Positions 58,801 through 64,000 of a stretch of DNA of 64,000 bases are shown here, piece by piece (positions within the stretch are counted from its first letter, which is position 1; each line of letters opens with the position of its first letter). Both the position numbers and the translations under genes were made by a program. A model generated the notes under the pieces. That model saw nothing but the letters and a program-made list of their open reading frames with translations, ran no database searches and had not been told where the DNA came from. Source of the DNA: a virus; IMG/VR virus record IMGVR_UViG_3300032285_003860. One strand, given 5' to 3'.

Positions 58801-59308
58801 CTATTCTGGAGTATTATCTACTACGATATTAGAAGAATATCGTATTCCAAAATTAACAAATATATATGGGTCTCCAGTAAATACCACTGGAAATAATACA
58901 ATTAAGCAAAAAATGATTCATACTCCAGTTGATGATACATTGCAACCTCAATTGGATCCAAATTCAAATAAAGCCACTCCATATATTACGGTCATTTCTG
59001 GAGGAGGATATTCCAATATTGTTACTACTCCACAACAATATTATAATTTAATCTCTGGTATCAATAATTACAATCTTGATGTCCCAACTAAAACAATTGA
59101 TTTAAGTTTAGCTGGTTCTCCAAGATTTTTCCCATCTGCATTTTTACCTTATTTGACTCCTTCTAATGGTTTAATCAGTATAAAATTAAGCGTAGGGGAA
59201 AATGGTGTAAAAACTGATATGACTTTTTCTGATAGACCAAAGCAATTGCCGACTGAAGAAGCAATCTTAAATAAGATTGGACCAAGGATAAAAGGAGTTT
59301 ATAACTAA
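55829..59308 (+). CDS. putative baseplate hub / central tail-tip protein
   Basis: 1159 aa; LRNVLENWCSDLGYTFY hub-like segment; position. Confidence 0.55.
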   Translation: MIQVLQGVKVTPKGSKNRFLSDAKWKQQSYAFGGWIYDVSTELNFSTSPTEIQMHVALETSSFSQSAAFFDINQGDLNCSADIGGASNERTFDIDLDGLVFSDFLLYSYDISIDAGQKILHVVFKDHSLILDKIYVGLFRKEGFTFPHFASSIIQMPMRCQTCQYDSSVVSGTGVVSRDIGYASYAGMNGKVYDGFSNVYYGDGNVYDSWNKLIKFSNNQGASPGAFGTFDLNGGYLILGSESATTERCNSSPDVTYSFIELLASLKSNGLAFKGAFPSGYADSDSLYRKNYNGPLRNVLENWCSDLGYTFYCSGKTFIGVNLKNPIDISNLTGIADPTSTLGQGFQINYGGNTNGTAILSMNSKVSLDGTFKQSVVVENDYPIQEKQTSKTVKKYIGITPLHPISLNEINQAQISDINVYGTPFYRSAYDTDCFDKQFTAGGPATIENSAWYLNFARLDGRSYGDVDAAIALTNYNSSLRDMFVAQRALRNVSYGANTVLRYQNGEPVTDANGVILYDSLANPYCVANFNALGMFPVLEITDPQFKTDILSDNITNAEKDGLSNLNIDQQYYRVFLGYYFPDYKEDIINWEKAAADSMYKYGAVTRGTLTTFPFVSGNILDDISPTVGFYGQNGLVYTRLENSFDPSTDRYQDVKTFPNPDVFIGSGYVKSLSQGTYYRNNSSYTSFIPPGYSDYPGRVPTGLWIASLDNPWGTTQEDFNRQLTMQLTDVCAQNYSISQSAQEQLTQTDRQNQDWRLEDFLPIANPDLEKVDDLIRTLVYDGYNIDTFPDEVVTTYVDIHRIQKKHCKKLHVLIIPDTITHPNIYAQFNARPINKINPIALKTYKQRLYETDLKKFTTETPSICSLSLLDEMCRNLLTGAQGSNYTLQGFNFPSTQANGCVLLENKNNPFFYGFQNDTLYRPNSRSLDIYIQKNPNKEFSMPTDVNGDIYFSDLDGTVVLQDGSLNTSIIYPVQPNSQQYAGFGYGSQANYSGVLSTTILEEYRIPKLTNIYGSPVNTTGNNTIKQKMIHTPVDDTLQPQLDPNSNKATPYITVISGGGYSNIVTTPQQYYNLISGINNYNLDVPTKTIDLSLAGSPRFFPSAFLPYLTPSNGLISIKLSVGENGVKTDMTFSDRPKQLPTEEAILNKIGPRIKGVYN

Positions 59309-61185
59309 TGACGCTTACTGGTACAAATTATCTTTATTTGCCACAAGTTAATGGATTTTCTTTTAACTTGTATAATATAACTTTGTCAGATTTTAATAAT
59401 CCGGTGACATTCTCTTTTATTGATAAAAACTCTAACTCCTTTTCTTTTCAATTTTTAAGTGGATATATCTACGATAATTCTGGAAAAATCATTTCTTCTT
59501 GTAATTTGTCGGATTATCAAGTTATAAATGGCTATGTCGGTAATAATACTTTGGATTATCAAATAAATGGCATATTTAATCAAATACCAGTTTCTTTTTC
59601 AAACTTAAATAAATTAACTATTTCATCTAATTCAACGGTAGTAAATTGCGACGTTTCTATCAACTCGAATCCTATAAATTACTCTGTATCTTTCCCAAGT
59701 ACATATAATGTTAGCGGGCAGTTAGTTGGGGTAATAAATTCTGATACAAATTTCGCTGTTTATAATCCAAGTTTATTATTTTATAATAATTCATTTCAAT
59801 TGTTGACCCCGCCGCCAAATGTTTTTATAATTAATTCTGGCTCTAATAATTTTCCGCTTCAAGATGTTGACCCAGTTAGCGTAAGCTATTTAAATACATT
59901 TTTATTGGGTCTTACTTCTTCTTTTGGAGATATTGGTGGTAAGTTCTATTCTAATCGACAAGTTTATGCAACTAATTTATTAACTTTGTCTGATTACGAT
60001 TCAAATGTTTATTACCAAGATTCTTTATTTAATGGTAGTTGGAGTGGAAATTCATTTTCTTATAGCGATAACGCATTGAATTATAATTTTTCTTTTAATA
60101 CTATTTATGGGGACATTTTTGGAGACAGTTTGCCATCCATTGTTTCTATTAAATATGAATCATTATATCCTGTTGATAATTCTACATATATTTCTTCTTA
60201 TGTTACAGGTTTTAATTTAACAAATAGTGGATTGTATTCTGGCGCTGCCCCAAGCGCCTCATTTACCAATTATTATTATGTTACAGGATTAGAAAAGGCA
60301 AATGAAAGTTTTCTATTCAGTTCTGGATGTTCAAGTCAAATTTTGACTACTTTTTCTGGAGGGTCACCTAGTGGTAATGCTAGTGGTTATTTGAATCTTG
60401 TTAATGTTTATTTAAGTGGTATATATGGTTCTGGAGTTAAAAATTACAAAGCTGTTTCAAGTTATTCCGCTTTAAGTAGTGGTTCTGGGTATAAATATTC
60501 TCCAAGTATTATTTTAGCAACAGGAGGTTCGTGTTATAGTTTACCAGATTATTCTGGCGTGGAACTTGGTCAATTTAAAAAGATTAGTGGATCTGGCTCG
60601 TTGCTTTCTCAGGCTGGTGGACTCTACGGAGAAGTTTTAACAACTGGAATCACTGGTTCTGGAGGGGCGGTAACAGGATATAGAGTCACGGGATTAAATA
60701 TTACAAATATAGGTTATGGATATGGATCTAGTTATCCTCCTTTTGTATCCTTTATAAGGAGCACTGGTGACTCTTTAACTAGTAACGCTTCTGGAACTTT
60801 ATCATATAAATCTACTGGATTATATAATTTTACTGGATTTTGGAATGCAGCTGTTGGATCTTCTACTTTGCCAATTTATTCTTCAAGTGGCAAAAATTAT
60901 TATTCTGGGAATTTTCAATTAGGTCAATTTCAAAATTATATAAATTTAGCAGTGGGAGTTTCTGGATTGGATAATACTTATCCTGTGACGGGTCTTTTAA
61001 CTGTATATTTATCAGATGGTTTTACAGGTATCAGTACTCAAAAATTAATATTTCAATCTAGATCTTTTAATTCTTATACCGGCGCGCTTTTACCAAATCC
61101 ATCTTTAATTAGTTATACTCCTCCGCCAGATTTGAGTGGAGTATTCCAACAAACCCAATTACTGTCTCAAACAATTTATTTCTAA
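59308..61185 (+). CDS. putative tail protein
   Basis: VTG..ITN.G.GY...P.V.F repeats; TAATG coupling. Confidence 0.6.
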   Translation: MTLTGTNYLYLPQVNGFSFNLYNITLSDFNNPVTFSFIDKNSNSFSFQFLSGYIYDNSGKIISSCNLSDYQVINGYVGNNTLDYQINGIFNQIPVSFSNLNKLTISSNSTVVNCDVSINSNPINYSVSFPSTYNVSGQLVGVINSDTNFAVYNPSLLFYNNSFQLLTPPPNVFIINSGSNNFPLQDVDPVSVSYLNTFLLGLTSSFGDIGGKFYSNRQVYATNLLTLSDYDSNVYYQDSLFNGSWSGNSFSYSDNALNYNFSFNTIYGDIFGDSLPSIVSIKYESLYPVDNSTYISSYVTGFNLTNSGLYSGAAPSASFTNYYYVTGLEKANESFLFSSGCSSQILTTFSGGSPSGNASGYLNLVNVYLSGIYGSGVKNYKAVSSYSALSSGSGYKYSPSIILATGGSCYSLPDYSGVELGQFKKISGSGSLLSQAGGLYGEVLTTGITGSGGAVTGYRVTGLNITNIGYGYGSSYPPFVSFIRSTGDSLTSNASGTLSYKSTGLYNFTGFWNAAVGSSTLPIYSSSGKNYYSGNFQLGQFQNYINLAVGVSGLDNTYPVTGLLTVYLSDGFTGISTQKLIFQSRSFNSYTGALLPNPSLISYTPPPDLSGVFQQTQLLSQTIYF

Positions 61186-61190
61186 AACCT

Positions 61191-62147
61191 ATGGCAGACA
61201 CAAAAAGCTTGGCTTACGCAAAACAAACAAAGAAAAATGTAGATAGTTTGAATACTAACTCTCTCATTACTGCCACTGTTATTGCCAATTATGGCGATCC
61301 AGGGCTTGATGAAGATTATTATTTTGATATTTTAAGTAGATATGTAATATGTGTTATAGAATCTTCCAATAGATTAATTACTGCTAATGGATGGGCAAAT
61401 GGAAAGAGTTTAATTGTTGTAAAAAGACCAGAAAGCCTATGGATAAATTATCAAGGTGGATTCCTCAACGACGTAGCCACGCAACAAAGAATAGATTATA
61501 ATTTAAATACAAATGTCGGTCCAGCAGGTAATTATGCTACAAATGTTATACCAAGAATCAATTATCCTTATCAAATGGGTGAAACAATTCAGGTTAGAAG
61601 ACTGACTCCAACTGTATCTTCTTTGGTTCAAAATAATTATCAAAAGTTTTTTTATTCACAGTGCACCAATAGCATAACTGATACAAGATATAAAAATTAT
61701 GGAATTTGGCATGAACAAGGAATGGGTACTCTTTCTTATTATTCGTCCGACCAACAAGCAAAAATAACAGAAAAAACCTTGGCAAATATAGCTGGTTATC
61801 CAAATTATTTTGATATTCGCCTCAATAAATATCAATATGAGGCATTTATGCTTACAAAGTATCCCGAATTGACAAAAAGTTTAACTCCATTCTTTTTAAG
61901 CAAAACAACTCCAAATCAAGCATATAAAACTTATCAAGGCGGCTATCTTTTCTTTCAAAATGAATTTATTGCAATAAATAGAGTTTTATATGAAGATGTA
62001 AACGCTGGACCTTTAACAAAACAAAGATTAAGCGTTGATAGTTGTATACCGCTTATCGTTACCACGCCAAATTCATTTTCTGTGCCAAGCACAAGGGCAA
62101 CAGCAACGATAAGTTATACGCCTACATATATAACAAAAAGTAATTAA
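61191..62147 (+). CDS. hypothetical protein, last gene of late block
   Basis: 318 aa ORF. Confidence 0.7.
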   Translation: MADTKSLAYAKQTKKNVDSLNTNSLITATVIANYGDPGLDEDYYFDILSRYVICVIESSNRLITANGWANGKSLIVVKRPESLWINYQGGFLNDVATQQRIDYNLNTNVGPAGNYATNVIPRINYPYQMGETIQVRRLTPTVSSLVQNNYQKFFYSQCTNSITDTRYKNYGIWHEQGMGTLSYYSSDQQAKITEKTLANIAGYPNYFDIRLNKYQYEAFMLTKYPELTKSLTPFFLSKTTPNQAYKTYQGGYLFFQNEFIAINRVLYEDVNAGPLTKQRLSVDSCIPLIVTTPNSFSVPSTRATATISYTPTYITKSN

Positions 62148-62885
62148 TTACTTCTTTTTAGATGCGGCTTTCTTTTTAATTCTTTCAATTAATTCAAATT
62201 GCTTGAATTTAGGAATATCAGAGACTGATTTTAGATCTTGCGCTCCATCAAACTTTTCTTCAATTAGCTTCTCTTTTATCTTTTCAAAAGTTACGGAATT
62301 TGCTGCCATTACTTCTTTTAAAAGGGAGCTTGAAGAATCCTGCGCTTCAGTATCTTGAGATGGAGAACCGCCAATTTCTTCTTGAGAGACGATATTGATA
62401 CGAAGAAAGTTTCTTACGCAACGAACAAAAGCTCTATTTTCAGCAATTGGACCCAGATAATTCTTTGCAAAACTAGTTGTATTATATGGGCTTGCATCTC
62501 CTATACTAGTAAATTTAATAATTCTCCCCTCTGTTTCAAAATTTGGAATCCAACTCATGGTGCAGGTCGCAATAACATAATCAGAAGCGGGAGAACTGGT
62601 TGTATATTCCACAGAATTATATCCCCTGATTTGAGCTAATTCTTTGATTCCCGCAAGAAGAATCATCAAATCTTTGTCTTCTAGACCTTCAATGGTCTTT
62701 GGAACAGGCTTATTATATCTTTCAAAGTTGAGCTTATTTGGGACAAGATGCTTGGGATTAATCATCTTTCTCCAGTCAATCAAATCGTCTGGACCATAGA
62801 CGTAATTAATTGCGGGGCTACAGATTAGACCATATTCATTTCTTGAAATGATCTTATTTGGAATACAGGTATTTTTTTCGCTCAT
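62148..62885 (-). CDS. putative ssDNA-annealing/recombination protein (Rad52/Sak-like)
   Basis: ILLAGIKELA..RG, GDA...N, IAENRAFVRCVRNFLRI resemble the phage Rad52-like AETRA..RA.R helix. Confidence 0.45.
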   Translation of the reverse strand: MSEKNTCIPNKIISRNEYGLICSPAINYVYGPDDLIDWRKMINPKHLVPNKLNFERYNKPVPKTIEGLEDKDLMILLAGIKELAQIRGYNSVEYTTSSPASDYVIATCTMSWIPNFETEGRIIKFTSIGDASPYNTTSFAKNYLGPIAENRAFVRCVRNFLRINIVSQEEIGGSPSQDTEAQDSSSSLLKEVMAANSVTFEKIKEKLIEEKFDGAQDLKSVSDIPKFKQFELIERIKKKAASKKK

Positions 62886-62915
62886 ATTAAAAGACTAAAC
62901 AAAATTTAAAAAATG

Positions 62916-64000
62916 TCAAGCGGTTAATTTGACGATTGTAAAAAAATCTAAATTATCCCAAAAAGAAGGAGAATCTATAACTTTTTGATATTCAAAATTA
63001 TTTTTGGCAACGATGTTATTTTCTACTGCCGCCAAGCTGTAATAAAGCTGACCATTTGCTGCCACTGTTTTAGCAGAACGGTAATAAAGAGAGTCTTTTT
63101 CTTTCTTTAATTCTTCTATTTTTTCTTTGCTTGGCTTTTCTATTGGATTTATCGTGCCAAAAGAATAATATTTTATTTTTAATTTTTCTATTTTGTCTTG
63201 TTCGAGGTCTGAAATTAGAATAAGCTTCAATCCTTCATCCCTGAGCTTCTTTAAAAAATCCAACTGATCTGTTTCGGTAATTTTAAAAACTAAATTTACA
63301 ATGTTCTGCTTAAATTGTTTTAATAAATTAATATTGACTGGCTTATCCATTATTAAAAAAGATTTTTTATATTGAGCTAATTGGTAACTAAGGCTTTCGT
63401 CGTCACAATTTACATCGGCACGAATTTCAACTATTGCTTCTGTGTTAAAAATGGCGTTTTTATGATTTGGTAGAGATTCTTGTATTGAAAAATGAGAATA
63501 TTTATTTCCAGTAAAGACTGTCTTAAATGGAATTTTAAAATCAATATTTAATTTCTCTAAAATTAAGTTTGCTATTTCTTCTGGATTGATTAAATTAATG
63601 GACTTTGGATTTTCTTGTTCGTTGAAGGATGGCTTTTTATTTTCGGTCCTTAAAAAACTTTCAAAAACAAATTGATTATTTTTTTCTCCAAAAAATGGTC
63701 CATTATTATTAGCGTAAGATACTGTGCTGATACTAACAATGGGCTTATTCTCTGCGCCAGCAATCTGGGATTCAATTCCATTGACGCCAAAAAATAATAA
63801 TGATTTTTCCATTAAATAAGCCATCTGATTTATGGATGCTTTTCCGCACAAATTAATAACTCCTCCATAATTAATGGAATCTGCGTTACCAAGTTGTAAA
63901 ATCTTTATATTATGTTCTTCTAATTTTGGCGACAGGCAATTAATCACATCTTGCCAATAAGAATAGTCTTTTGCTGGAATTTTATTTTCTGGGCGAAAAA
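62916..64000 (-). CDS. GT-B glycosyltransferase family 9-like protein (5' end outside window)
   Basis: frame is open to the edge (FRPENKIPAKDYSYWQDVI...); ILQLG, NLCGKASINQMAYLMEKSLLFFGVNG...IAGAENKPIVSI matches the GT9 C-terminal lobe pattern. Confidence 0.65.
   Translation of the reverse strand, partial: FRPENKIPAKDYSYWQDVINCLSPKLEEHNIKILQLGNADSINYGGVINLCGKASINQMAYLMEKSLLFFGVNGIESQIAGAENKPIVSISTVSYANNNGPFFGEKNNQFVFESFLRTENKKPSFNEQENPKSINLINPEEIANLILEKLNIDFKIPFKTVFTGNKYSHFSIQESLPNHKNAIFNTEAIVEIRADVNCDDESLSYQLAQYKKSFLIMDKPVNINLLKQFKQNIVNLVFKITETDQLDFLKKLRDEGLKLILISDLEQDKIEKLKIKYYSFGTINPIEKPSKEKIEELKKEKDSLYYRSAKTVAANGQLYYSLAAVENNIVAKNNFEYQKVIDSPSFWDNLDFFTIVKLTA

Noticed and set aside
1232-61803. 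many short alternative-frame or antisense ORFs in the track (e.g. 1666-2073, 18315-18668, 23506-24069, 41742-41996, 49569-50054)
   Set aside because: fully overlap strong genes and reflect codon bias or repeat periodicity; no independent signals
495-62147. stop-codon reassignment
   Set aside because: genes are long and intact in code 11; TAA, TGA and TAG all occur as plausible true stops
39703-62147. contractile tail / sheath or tailocin-like system
   Set aside because: no recognisable sheath or baseplate wedge gene; capsid, portal and terminase show this is a phage
1-64000. tRNA, rRNA, integrase, lysis genes and a host assignment
   Set aside because: none recognisable by eye; intergenic gaps are mostly too short for tRNAs; host cannot be established without searches

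Overview
This AT-rich window is the packaging and virion-morphogenesis (late) region of a large tailed dsDNA bacteriophage (Caudoviricetes). It is probably siphovirus-like, because a tail tube and a 2530-aa tape measure are present and no sheath is recognisable. Almost everything from 495 to 62147 is on the + strand, in this order: phoH, a zinc-ribbon protein, a sigma-factor-like protein, a C2H2/ERCC4 nuclease, large terminase, a collagen fibre, portal, protease/scaffold, decoration protein, major capsid, about 15 kb of fibre/lectin genes, neck, tail tube, chaperones, tape measure and tail-tip proteins. Two - strand genes close the window (a putative ssDNA-annealing protein and a GT9-like glycosyltransferase cut by the window edge). 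No tRNA, CRISPR, integrase or lysis gene was recognised. Main signals: (1) a GTGTAAT motif 14-37 nt before 14 start codons, a candidate novel late promoter for the phage sigma factor, often implying near-leaderless mRNA; (2) a tape measure with globular cargo domains bracketed by a repeated G-x-(I/V)-P-N-F linker; (3) structural proteins saturated with Ser/Thr-Gly, while signal-peptide-bearing fibre-like proteins are instead Thr-Asn rich, suggesting two modification (glycosylation?) sequons in two compartments; (4) a scaffold gene apparently nested in-frame in the prohead protease, with many Ala-Ser candidate cleavage sites; (5) a modular fibre kit with a shared FDSTIR N-terminal anchor. All functional calls come from motif recognition and synteny by eye; no database searches were run.
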